Shown in pieces: positions 1 to 6,914 of a stretch of 36,442 nt of DNA. Position 1 is the stretch's first letter. Each line of letters begins with the position of its first letter. The notes below the pieces were generated by a model, which saw nothing but the letters and a program-made list of their open reading frames with translations, did not search any database and was not told where the DNA came from. The DNA lies in the IMG/VR virus record IMGVR_UViG_3300027769_000071, positions 1-36,442 of that record, one strand, 5' to 3'. The stretch comes from a virus (lineage: Duplodnaviria > Caudoviricetes). Both the position numbers and the translations under genes were made by a program.

Positions 1-59
1 GCAGGTTTCCCGAGCACGGCGATGAACCGCCGCGCCTCGTCGAAGTCGATCTCTTTCAT
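1..59 (-). CDS. 5' end of a gene running off the window (MKEIDFDEARRFIAVLGKP...), possibly a primase/replication protein
   Basis: ATG at 59-57 overlaps the stop of the RHH gene (ATGA). Only 19 codons are visible, so the product is a guess from context. Confidence 0.4.
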   Translation of the reverse strand, partial: MKEIDFDEARRFIAVLGKP

Positions 60-232
60 GCCTGCTCACGTGTCGCCGTGGCTGGTAACACGCCATCACG
101 ATGGAAGCGGATCGACTGATCGAGCAGCAGCCGGATGGCAGCACTGCGGGAGATGGTGTCACCACGCCAGGAGTCCAGCCACTTCAGCTGGTTAGGCGCA
201 AGGCGCAACGGGATTGGTCGAGCTAGTGGCAT
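56..232 (-). CDS. small ribbon-helix-helix (CopG/Arc-like) DNA-binding protein, 58 aa
   Basis: Hand translation MPLARPIPLRLAPNQLKWLDSWRGDTISRSAAIRLLLDQSIRFHRDGVLPATATREQA shows the RHH pattern (I-x-L-R-L strand, SRSxxIRxLL helix). Below the ORF-track cutoff. Confidence 0.7.
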   Translation of the reverse strand: MPLARPIPLRLAPNQLKWLDSWRGDTISRSAAIRLLLDQSIRFHRDGVLPATATREQA

Positions 233-248
233 TGGCTGGCGGGCTGGC

Positions 249-277
249 TTGACAAGCGTATACGGTTAGTCTACGGT
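249..277 (+). promoter_or_regulatory. sigma70-type promoter for the helicase/methyltransferase operon
   Basis: TTGACA (249-254), 17 nt spacer, TACGGT (272-277), 20 nt upstream of the ATG at 298. Confidence 0.55.
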
Positions 278-297
278 GGCAAGGCCTGACACTGGCC

Positions 298-1662
298 ATG
301 ACCTACCAAGACTTCCTAGATCAGAAGACGCACGAGGGAGCGGCGCACGGCTTTGAGCCTGTGTTCATGCCGCCGCAGTTGTTTGATTTCCAGCAGTCAC
401 TCGTTGAGTGGGCGGTCCGCAAGGGCCGCGCAGCCATCTTTGCTGACTGCGGACTTGGCAAGACCGCCATGCAGCTCACATGGGCTGAAAACGTGGCGCA
501 GTACACGGGCAAGCCGGTTCTGATCCTGACGCCACTGGCAGTTGCTGCGCAGACCATCCGCGAGGGTGAGAAGTTCGGCATTGAGTGTCACCGCTCCAGC
601 GATGGCAGCGTGCCGGGACGGATCGTCATCACCAATTACGAGCGGCTGGAGCACTTCAGGTCTGCTGACTTTGCTGGTGTCGTGTGCGATGAGTCGAGCA
701 TCCTCAAGTCATTTGATGGCGCTCGCCGCAACGAGATCACCGACTTCATGCGCAAGGTGCCCTATCGGTTGTTGGCAACAGCAACAGCTGCGCCGAATGA
801 CTTTATTGAGCTTGGCACCAGCAGCGAAGCTCTCGGCTACATGGGCCATATGGACATGCTCGCTCGCTTCTTCAAGAATGATCAGAACAACTTGACCAGT
901 CGCCGCATGTATGGCGAGGCGCCAAAGTGGCGCTTCAAGGGTCACGCCGAGATGCCGTTCTGGCGATGGGTGACAAGTTGGGCCAGGGCTTGCCGCAAGC
1001 CGTCAGATCTTGGTTTTGATGATGGCCGGTTCATCCTGCCTGCATTGCATGAGAATGATCACCTGATCGAAACTCAAACCATTGCCGATGGAATGTTGTT
1101 TGCAATGCCAGCGACTGACCTACGCGAACAACGTGCCGAGAAAAAGCGGACGGTCGCTGAGCGATGCGAGCAGGTTGCCAGCATGGTTGCAAACACTGGG
1201 CAGAGTGCTTTGGTGTGGTGTCACCTCAACGAGGAAGGCGACATGCTTGAGAGGTTGATTCCTGATTCGATTCAGGTGTCAGGCAAGGACAAAGACGACA
1301 TCAAAGAGCGTCGATTGATTGATTTCGCCGAAGGACAATCCAGAGTGCTGATCACCAAACCCAAAATCGGCGCGTGGGGCTTGAACTTTCAAATCTGCAA
1401 TCATGTGACCTACTTTCCGTCCCATAGCTTCGAGCAGTACTACCAATCCGTCAGGCGCTGTTGGCGGTTCGGCCAAGATCGTCCAGTGACTGTTGACATT
1501 GTGCTCACGGAAGGCGAGCGGCGGATCATGGAGAATCTGCATCGCAAACGGTTACAGGCTGAGCAAATGTTCAGCAATCTGGTTTCCGAAATGAATCATT
1601 CGCTGGAAATCCAGCGCAAAGAATACAACACCGCACCTATCGAGGTTCCATCATGGCTGTGA
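298..1662 (+). CDS. SNF2-related SF2 helicase/ATPase
   Basis: Q motif LFDFQ, Walker A ADCGLGKT, Walker B DESS, motif III TATAAPN, motif V GLNFQ, motif VI QSVRRCWRFGQ. Confidence 0.85.
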   Translation: MTYQDFLDQKTHEGAAHGFEPVFMPPQLFDFQQSLVEWAVRKGRAAIFADCGLGKTAMQLTWAENVAQYTGKPVLILTPLAVAAQTIREGEKFGIECHRSSDGSVPGRIVITNYERLEHFRSADFAGVVCDESSILKSFDGARRNEITDFMRKVPYRLLATATAAPNDFIELGTSSEALGYMGHMDMLARFFKNDQNNLTSRRMYGEAPKWRFKGHAEMPFWRWVTSWARACRKPSDLGFDDGRFILPALHENDHLIETQTIADGMLFAMPATDLREQRAEKKRTVAERCEQVASMVANTGQSALVWCHLNEEGDMLERLIPDSIQVSGKDKDDIKERRLIDFAEGQSRVLITKPKIGAWGLNFQICNHVTYFPSHSFEQYYQSVRRCWRFGQDRPVTVDIVLTEGERRIMENLHRKRLQAEQMFSNLVSEMNHSLEIQRKEYNTAPIEVPSWL

Positions 1663-2621
1663 TCACCGACCGTTACGCGATCTACAACGGCGACTGCATT
1701 GAGGTGATGCAAGGACTGCCCTCCGAGTCCATTCATTTCTCGATTTACTCGCCGCCTTTTGCCGGGTTGTATGTGTACAGCTCAAACGAGCGTGACATCA
1801 GCAACTGCCGAGACTACGACCAGTTCATGGATCACTACAGCTATGTGGTTTGCGACCTGCATCGGTTGACCCTGCCAGGTCGGCTGACTGCCGTGCATTG
1901 CACTGACATCCCAAGCGGCAACAGCGGGCAAGACTCGCTGATGGACTTGCCTGGCAAGATCATTGCATTGCATGAACAATGCGGCTGGCATTACGTGGCA
2001 CGACACACGATTTGGAAAGAGCCACTATGGGTGCGCAATCGAACCATGGTTAAGAATTTGGCACACAAGACCATCGTCGATGATGCAGCCTACGCAGGTG
2101 TTGCATCTGCTGACTATTTGCTGATGTTCCGCCGTAGTGGAACCAATAAGATCCCGATCGCAAATCCGACAGGACTTGATCATTACGCCGGTGAATGTCT
2201 GATTCCGGCGGAGCTGCAACAGTACCGCAACTGGAAAGGCAAGCAGACCGAGAATAGATTCAGCCATTGGATTTGGCGTCGCTATGCGTCTTCAATCTGG
2301 GATGACATCAATATGGGCCGCGTGCTGCCATTTCGTGATTCAAAGGATCAAGATGACGAGAAGCACGTGCATCCGCTTCAGCTGGACGTGATTGATCGGG
2401 CAATTTGCCTGCGTTCCAATCCTGGCGAGACGGTGTTGACCCCATTTATGGGCGTCGGCAGCGAGGTTTATGGCGCGGTGCAAGCCGGCAGGCGCGGCAT
2501 CGGCATTGAGTTGAAGGAGTCCTACTACAAGCAGGCGATCAAGAACATGGAGATCGCCGTGGAGGACACGCGTATCCCCGATCAAGCCTCGTTGCTGGAT
2601 GACGCCGGAGACCTGCTGTGA
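1653..2621 (+). CDS. DNA amino-methyltransferase (N6_N4_Mtase, beta-class motif order)
   Basis: NGDC N-terminus, catalytic SPPF, HVHPLQ, SAM-binding VLTPFMGVGS, GIGIELK. Confidence 0.85.
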   Translation: MAVITDRYAIYNGDCIEVMQGLPSESIHFSIYSPPFAGLYVYSSNERDISNCRDYDQFMDHYSYVVCDLHRLTLPGRLTAVHCTDIPSGNSGQDSLMDLPGKIIALHEQCGWHYVARHTIWKEPLWVRNRTMVKNLAHKTIVDDAAYAGVASADYLLMFRRSGTNKIPIANPTGLDHYAGECLIPAELQQYRNWKGKQTENRFSHWIWRRYASSIWDDINMGRVLPFRDSKDQDDEKHVHPLQLDVIDRAICLRSNPGETVLTPFMGVGSEVYGAVQAGRRGIGIELKESYYKQAIKNMEIAVEDTRIPDQASLLDDAGDLL

Positions 2622-2722
2622 ACCTTCGCCCCTACCAGCAACATCTGACCACCGACATCCGCCTGCAGTACCAGCTCGGCAAGCGTGCGGTGCTGGCGGT
2701 GCTGCCGACCGGTGGTGGCAAA
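2618..2722 (+). pseudogene. stranded original 5' end (35 codons) of the SF2 helicase, ending at the Walker A lysine
   Basis: MNLRPYQQ...VLAVLPTGGGK matches the N-terminus at 3270-3377 at 23 of 33 aligned residues. It is GTGA-coupled to the upstream methyltransferase and reads in frame into the HNH gene. Confidence 0.75.
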
Positions 2723-2755
2723 TGGTATGATTTGCTTACCACCGCTTGTCGGGCT

Positions 2756-3277
2756 ATGCCTACCGTTTGCAAAATTGAAGGCTGCGACAAACCTTGCGAC
2801 TGCCACGGCATGTGCGGAATGCACGCTCAACGCATGCGTCGCTATGGCGACCCGTACTATGTCACACCAGAACAGGAGAGGCGCGCAAACAACCGCGCCG
2901 CTCAGATTGCTCGGCTTGATTCAGTCAAGCCCAGCACATACCGCAAGCGGCATGGTCGCCATGAGCATCGAGTTGTTGCTGAGCAAATGCTCGGTAGGGC
3001 ACTAATGCCAGGCGAAATTGTGCATCACATTGACGGTGATAAACACAACAACAATCCATCAAACCTGCAAGTTATGACACAAGACCATCACTTGCGTGAG
3101 CACCTTGCTCCTGACGCTGCGCCGATTGAATGGCAGGGACGGTCTATGTACCCAAAAGAATGGGCGCAAGAGTTTGGCATTAGCGTTCAGCGGTTTTATG
3201 GGCGCAGACGCGCAGGTTGGTCTATGGATCGGATTGCCGCAACTCCTACACGCAAATGGAATAAAGCCAATGCTTAG
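2756..3277 (+). CDS. HNH homing endonuclease with N-terminal Cys/His module and C-terminal DNA-binding helix domain (may also be made from GTG 2618 as a fusion)
   Basis: CKIEGC...GMCGMH..RMRRYGDP; HEHRVVAEQMLGR...VHHIDGDKHNNNPSNL; C-terminal EWAQEFGIS...R...GWS. A TG-TATGAT extended -10 lies at 2723-2731. Confidence 0.85.
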   Translation: MPTVCKIEGCDKPCDCHGMCGMHAQRMRRYGDPYYVTPEQERRANNRAAQIARLDSVKPSTYRKRHGRHEHRVVAEQMLGRALMPGEIVHHIDGDKHNNNPSNLQVMTQDHHLREHLAPDAAPIEWQGRSMYPKEWAQEFGISVQRFYGRRRAGWSMDRIAATPTRKWNKANA

Positions 3278-4625
3278 CCTGCGCCCTTACCAACAGGACA
3301 TGGTGGATCAGATCCGCCTCTCTTACCAGTTAGGCCATAAGTCTGTTTTGGCTGTCTTAAGCACCGGTGGCGGAAAAACCCGGATATTCACCCACATCGC
3401 CCAATCCGCTGCCCGCAAAGGCAACCGCACGTGCATCCTGGTCCACCGGCAAGAGCTGCTGGATCAGGCCAGCTGCAGCCTCACTGGCATGGGCGTCACC
3501 CATGGCTGCATCCGTGGAGGCCGCGGCATGGACCTGAGCCATGCGGTGCAGGTGGCCAGCGTGCAGACCCTGGCCCGCAGGCTGCACAAGCTGCCTCGGG
3601 ACTTCTTTCAGTTGCTGGTCGTCGATGAGGCGCACCACAGCAATGCAGGCACGTGGGTGCAGGTGATCGAGCACTTCCGATCCGCGCACCTGCTGGGGGT
3701 TACTGCGACCCCATGTCGTGGAGATAGCCGTGGACTTGGCGAGTGGTATCAGGCGATGGTTGAAGGACCAAGCGCCGCATGGCTCACCGACAACGGCTAC
3801 CTCGCGCCTGCGAGGGTGCTAGCGCCGCCTGGGTTCGATGCCAGCGGCATACGGAAGCGGATGGGTGATTTTGACACCCGTGAGGCCGAGCAACGCGTAG
3901 GCACGATCATGGGCGACTGCCTGAGCCACTACCGCAAACACCTAAGCGGTCAGACGGCAATCGCCTTCTGCTGCTCAGTGGCCCACGCCGAGGCCGTGGC
4001 TCAGCTGTTCATGGGCGCCGGCATCCCAGCCGCCAGCATTGACGGCAGCATGGATGGCGCCACACGCCGCGACCTGCTGCAGGCGCTGGGTACTGGTCGG
4101 ATACGCGTGCTCACCTCCTGCGCCCTGATTGGTGAAGGCGTTGACGTTCCCTCGGTCGGGGGCTGCATCCTGCTGCGACCAACCCAGAGCGTGAGCCTGC
4201 ACCTGCAGATGATCGGTAGATGCCTCAGGCCATCACCCGGCAAGGCGGCAGTCATCCTCGACCACGTGGGCAACACGCTACGCCTCGGCCACCACCTAGA
4301 GCCACGGGAGTGGACGCTGGAGGGGATCGCAAAGCGCGACCGCGACAAGGCGCCATCGGTGAAGGTGTGCCCGCAGTGCTTCGCCGCCATGGCCAGCCAG
4401 GTGCGGCAGTGCTTGGAATGTGGCCATCAGTTTGCGCCGGAGGTGCGGGAGCTGCAGCAGGTGGAGGGTGAGTTGGTGGAGCTTGCTGCCCGTGAGCGCA
4501 AGCGCGAGCAAGGCACCGCTCAATCCCTCGACGACCTCCGCCAGCTAGCGCAGCAACGGGGATACAAGCGAGGATGGGCCGAGAGGGTCTATCAGGCCAG
4601 ACTGGCCAAGAGGCATGGGCTGTGA
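3270..4625 (+). CDS. DEAH-box SF2 helicase (RadD/YejH/ResIII-like) with C-terminal zinc ribbon
   Basis: LRPYQ, STGGGKT, VDEAHH, TATP, EGVDVP, QMIGRCLR, CPQC..CLECG. The ATG at 3270 overlaps the end of the HNH gene. Confidence 0.9.
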   Translation: MLSLRPYQQDMVDQIRLSYQLGHKSVLAVLSTGGGKTRIFTHIAQSAARKGNRTCILVHRQELLDQASCSLTGMGVTHGCIRGGRGMDLSHAVQVASVQTLARRLHKLPRDFFQLLVVDEAHHSNAGTWVQVIEHFRSAHLLGVTATPCRGDSRGLGEWYQAMVEGPSAAWLTDNGYLAPARVLAPPGFDASGIRKRMGDFDTREAEQRVGTIMGDCLSHYRKHLSGQTAIAFCCSVAHAEAVAQLFMGAGIPAASIDGSMDGATRRDLLQALGTGRIRVLTSCALIGEGVDVPSVGGCILLRPTQSVSLHLQMIGRCLRPSPGKAAVILDHVGNTLRLGHHLEPREWTLEGIAKRDRDKAPSVKVCPQCFAAMASQVRQCLECGHQFAPEVRELQQVEGELVELAARERKREQGTAQSLDDLRQLAQQRGYKRGWAERVYQARLAKRHGL

Positions 4626-5461
4626 CGCTCCGTCTCCTTGACACCTTCAGCGGCATCGGCGGGTTCTCCTACGCAGCCGAGCGCTTGGTTGGCGGCTACC
4701 AGACCGTTGCCTTCGTTGAGCGTGAACCCTTCTGTCAGTCCATCCTCCGCAAGCACTGGTCCGATGTCCCCATCTACGACGACATCACTACCTTCAACCC
4801 AGAGCCGGGTTCAGCTGACGTTGTTTGCGGAGGGTTCCCTTGCCAAGACATCAGCACGGCAGGGAAGCAGGCCGGCATCAAAGAAGGCACCCGCTCTGGC
4901 CTGTTCTACGAACTCATGCGAGTCGTTCGCGTGGTGGGACCGCGCTACGTCGTCCTGGAGAACGTCGCAGCGATCACTTCTAACGGAATGGATGTTGTAC
5001 TCGGGACGCTGGCCGAGGCAGGGTTTGATGCTGAGTGGGCATGTATTCGGGCTGCAGATGTGGGTGCCTGTCATCGGCGTGATCGGTGGTGGTGCGTTGC
5101 CTACCCCCAGGGCCAACAGTGCAATGACCGTGGATCTGCGCACTCAGCAGGATCGGCCAGAGCTTCAGCCCAACTTGGAAACGGTGATGGCGCGGATGTT
5201 GCCCACTCCAGTGGCTCGGGATTGCAAAGGCAGGAGCCAGCGTGGAGACCTGCTGCCGGATCGCTTTGTCCCGACTGGGGGGGGTATTTATCTCAACCCG
5301 TCCTTCGTCGAGGAGATGATGGGCTTTCCGGTCGGGTGGACCGTTTGAAGGCGCTCGGCAATGCGGTGGTTCCTCAGGTGGCCGCCATACCATTGGCGCG
5401 TGTGCTTGATCTAGAGCGTGTCAGAGCAGCAAATCCAGCAGCACATCCGCCTTGCCCTTAG
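4622..5461 (+). CDS. C5 DNA cytosine methyltransferase, alpha chain (motifs I-VIII and X)
   Basis: FSGIGG (I), GFPCQD (IV), ENV (VI), HRRDR (VIII), LKALGNAVVP (X). GTG start is coupled to the helicase stop. Confidence 0.9.
   Translation: MTLRLLDTFSGIGGFSYAAERLVGGYQTVAFVEREPFCQSILRKHWSDVPIYDDITTFNPEPGSADVVCGGFPCQDISTAGKQAGIKEGTRSGLFYELMRVVRVVGPRYVVLENVAAITSNGMDVVLGTLAEAGFDAEWACIRAADVGACHRRDRWWCVAYPQGQQCNDRGSAHSAGSARASAQLGNGDGADVAHSSGSGLQRQEPAWRPAAGSLCPDWGGYLSQPVLRRGDDGLSGRVDRLKALGNAVVPQVAAIPLARVLDLERVRAANPAAHPPCP
4764..5348 (+). CDS. nested +1-frame gene: putative beta chain of the C5 methyltransferase (motif IX-like)
   Basis: The frame is open from 4638 to 5348, has two LPTP..A repeats and ends LNPSFVEEMMGFPVGWT. 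The start codon is uncertain. Confidence 0.65.
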   Translation: MSPSTTTSLPSTQSRVQLTLFAEGSLAKTSARQGSRPASKKAPALACSTNSCESFAWWDRATSSWRTSQRSLLTEWMLYSGRWPRQGLMLSGHVFGLQMWVPVIGVIGGGALPTPRANSAMTVDLRTQQDRPELQPNLETVMARMLPTPVARDCKGRSQRGDLLPDRFVPTGGGIYLNPSFVEEMMGFPVGWTV

Positions 5462-5813
5462 CCGCGGCCCGGTGCGCCTGTACCGCAACAACACCGGCAC
5501 GCTGCGTGACGCCAATGGCCGCCCGGTGAGCTTCGGCCTGTGCAAGGGCAGCGCTGATCTGATCGGCTGGACGACGCGCACGATCACACCGGACATGGTT
5601 GGGCAGCAGGTGGCGGTGTTCACCTCTATAGAGGTCAAGACCGCAACCGGCAGGCTCAGGCCTGAGCAGCGGCAGTGGCTGGAGTCCGTGCAGGCCGCTG
5701 GGGGCATTGCTGGTGTCGCCAGGAGCGTGGAGGATGCGCAGGGGTTGACCATGGTTGCTGGTGGTGGTATTGTTTCCAAGTCGCCAGCGATGGCGGCGAT
5801 CCACCGCACCTAG
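5418..5813 (+). CDS. VRR-NUC domain nuclease (PD-(D/E)XK)
   Basis: SEQQIQ..I, RNNTG, GSADLIG, IEVKT, LRPEQ..WL, VARSVEDA. Confidence 0.85.
   Translation: MSEQQIQQHIRLALSRGPVRLYRNNTGTLRDANGRPVSFGLCKGSADLIGWTTRTITPDMVGQQVAVFTSIEVKTATGRLRPEQRQWLESVQAAGGIAGVARSVEDAQGLTMVAGGGIVSKSPAMAAIHRT
5745..5773 (+). promoter_or_regulatory. early promoter copy A
   Basis: TTGACC-N17-TATTGT with extended TG, nearly identical to 6130-6158. Confidence 0.75.
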
Positions 5814-5817
5814 ACAG

Positions 5818-6006
5818 ATGAATACACTCGCAACCCAGTTGCAGGAACTGGCCACGACGCTCAACACTGCTGAGCAAGTGGTCACGGCATTCCAAGCGCT
5901 GCGGGATTTCTGCTCTGAAGAGCAGTGGGACGAGCTGTGCAGCTCGGGGCCACTCTCTGATCTGCTGGATGCCTGCAGCGACCTGGAGCACGACCTGGAA
6001 CGGTGA
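5818..6006 (+). CDS. small acidic hypothetical protein (62 aa)
   Basis: ATG after promoter A and its leader hairpin, followed by an intrinsic terminator. Confidence 0.7.
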   Translation: MNTLATQLQELATTLNTAEQVVTAFQALRDFCSEEQWDELCSSGPLSDLLDACSDLEHDLER

Positions 6007-6013
6007 TGCACTG

Positions 6014-6035
6014 GCCCGCTTCGGCGGGCTTTTTT
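6014..6035 (+). terminator. intrinsic terminator
   Basis: GCCCGC-TTCG-GCGGGC followed by T6. Confidence 0.85.
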
Positions 6036-6042
6036 ATTGCTC

Positions 6043-6121
6043 AGCGGTCGGTCCTGCCCGTAAGGATGGACGCGGTGCTGCGGTCGCGGTGGCCGCATCT
6101 GAAACCGTATCGGAGGCCGCT
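6043..6121. ncRNA. candidate structured ncRNA or ssDNA element (three-way junction)
   Basis: Pairings: AGCGGTC/GGCCGCT; GTCC..CC-GTAA-GG..GGAC; GCGGT/ACCGT enclosing TGCGGTC/GGCCGCA. It fills the gap between the terminator and promoter B. Confidence 0.4.
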
Positions 6122-6129
6122 CTCAACAG

Positions 6130-6158
6130 TTGACCATGGTTGCCGATGGTGGTATTGT
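6130..6158 (+). promoter_or_regulatory. early promoter copy B
   Basis: TTGACC-N17-TATTGT, with the palindrome TCAACAGTTGA overlapping the -35. Confidence 0.75.
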
Positions 6159-6198
6159 TTGATCAAGCCGGACGACCCGGCACCCCAACCCGAGAATC

Positions 6199-6432
6199 AT
6201 GACCTACGCCACAAACGAGCACTGCCTCAGCGATGATCCGCAGGTGTTCAGTTTTGCAGAGCACACAGATACCACTCACGACCTCATCGTTGTCACCCGC
6301 TGGACTGTCACGCTGATCAATGGTCGGCAACATCGCAAGATGACCGCTCAATGGAATTATTGCCGCAAAACCGCTCGCCAACTCTGGGTTCAACTCAAGA
6401 ACCAAGGGGCTAAGCCTTTCAGCTGGGCTTGA
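6199..6432 (+). CDS. hypothetical protein (77 aa)
   Basis: ORF behind promoter B with the conserved leader ending GAGAATCATG. Confidence 0.65.
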   Translation: MTYATNEHCLSDDPQVFSFAEHTDTTHDLIVVTRWTVTLINGRQHRKMTAQWNYCRKTARQLWVQLKNQGAKPFSWA

Positions 6433-6436
6433 CCCT

Positions 6437-6490
6437 CACGCGGCCCGCCGGAGCCCATCCGGCACCATTCACCCCAACCTGAGAACCATG
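6437..6490 (+). repeat. intergenic leader repeat, copy 1 (CACGCGGCC-GCCGGA...TCCGGC hairpin-ATTCA.CCCA..GAG..CCATG)
   Basis: Same motif order as 6915-6971. Confidence 0.75.
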
Positions 6491-6676
6491 ACCACCACAA
6501 CCATCGCCTTGATCGTTGCCCTGCTGCTGCTGCCCCTGGTGGTGCTGCTTTGGGCGACCGAGACCACCAAGGAACGCGCCTTGCGCCTGCGCCGCAGCGG
6601 CTGGAGCCAGCGCCGGATTGCTGAGCATATGGGCATTAGCCGCAGCCGTGTTCAACGGTTGACCATGGCGGCATAG
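6488..6676 (+). CDS. small membrane-anchored helix-turn-helix protein
   Basis: Hydrophobic N-terminal helix IALIVALLLLPLVVLLW followed by GWSQRRIAEHMGISRSRV. Confidence 0.75.
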   Translation: MTTTTIALIVALLLLPLVVLLWATETTKERALRLRRSGWSQRRIAEHMGISRSRVQRLTMAA

Positions 6677-6687
6677 GGTGGTACGAT
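6659..6687 (+). promoter_or_regulatory. early promoter copy C
   Basis: TTGACC-N17-TACGAT, with the palindrome TCAACGGTTGA overlapping the -35. Confidence 0.7.
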
Positions 6688-6728
6688 TTGGGGACAGGAG
6701 GCGAGAGCTTCCACCCAAACCGAGAGCC

Positions 6729-6911
6729 ATGACCGCTTCACCTTCTCAACTCAAGGCCCAAGCCCTTGAAACCGGCACCACCGTCTGGCACGACGGGTTA
6801 ACTGTTACGCCTGAAGGCATGTTCGTTATTTGTGGCCGCCGCTGCACTCTCAACGAGGCAATCATGTACCTCGGCAACCGAGCTGTGACACGCGCCAAGG
6901 CCGCCGCTTGA
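6729..6911 (+). CDS. hypothetical protein (60 aa)
   Basis: ATG in the conserved GAGAGCCATG leader after promoter C. Confidence 0.65.
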   Translation: MTASPSQLKAQALETGTTVWHDGLTVTPEGMFVICGRRCTLNEAIMYLGNRAVTRAKAAA

Positions 6912-6914
6912 TTC

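Noticed and set aside
3096-3269. N-terminal extension of the helicase in the ORF track
   Set aside because: It overlaps the HNH gene out of frame. The LRPYQ motif and comparison with the relic copy place the start at 3270.
2723-3377. Intein or group I intron in the helicase P-loop
   Set aside because: The insert starts with Trp rather than Cys/Ser, has no His-Asn end, contains a stop codon, and is filled by coding sequence with no room for an intron core. The duplicated N-terminus makes splicing unnecessary.
4574-4621. Longer start for the C5 methyltransferase
   Set aside because: It lies inside the helicase. GTG 4622 gives normal GTGA coupling just before motif I.
6043-6121. tRNA or hammerhead ribozyme
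   Set aside because: No TTC T-loop, cloverleaf or CCA end, and no CTGANGA core. It is kept only as an unassigned structure.
6003-6236. 77-aa ORF across the terminator, structured element and promoter B
   Set aside because: It runs through a clear terminator and promoter and has no protein-like features.
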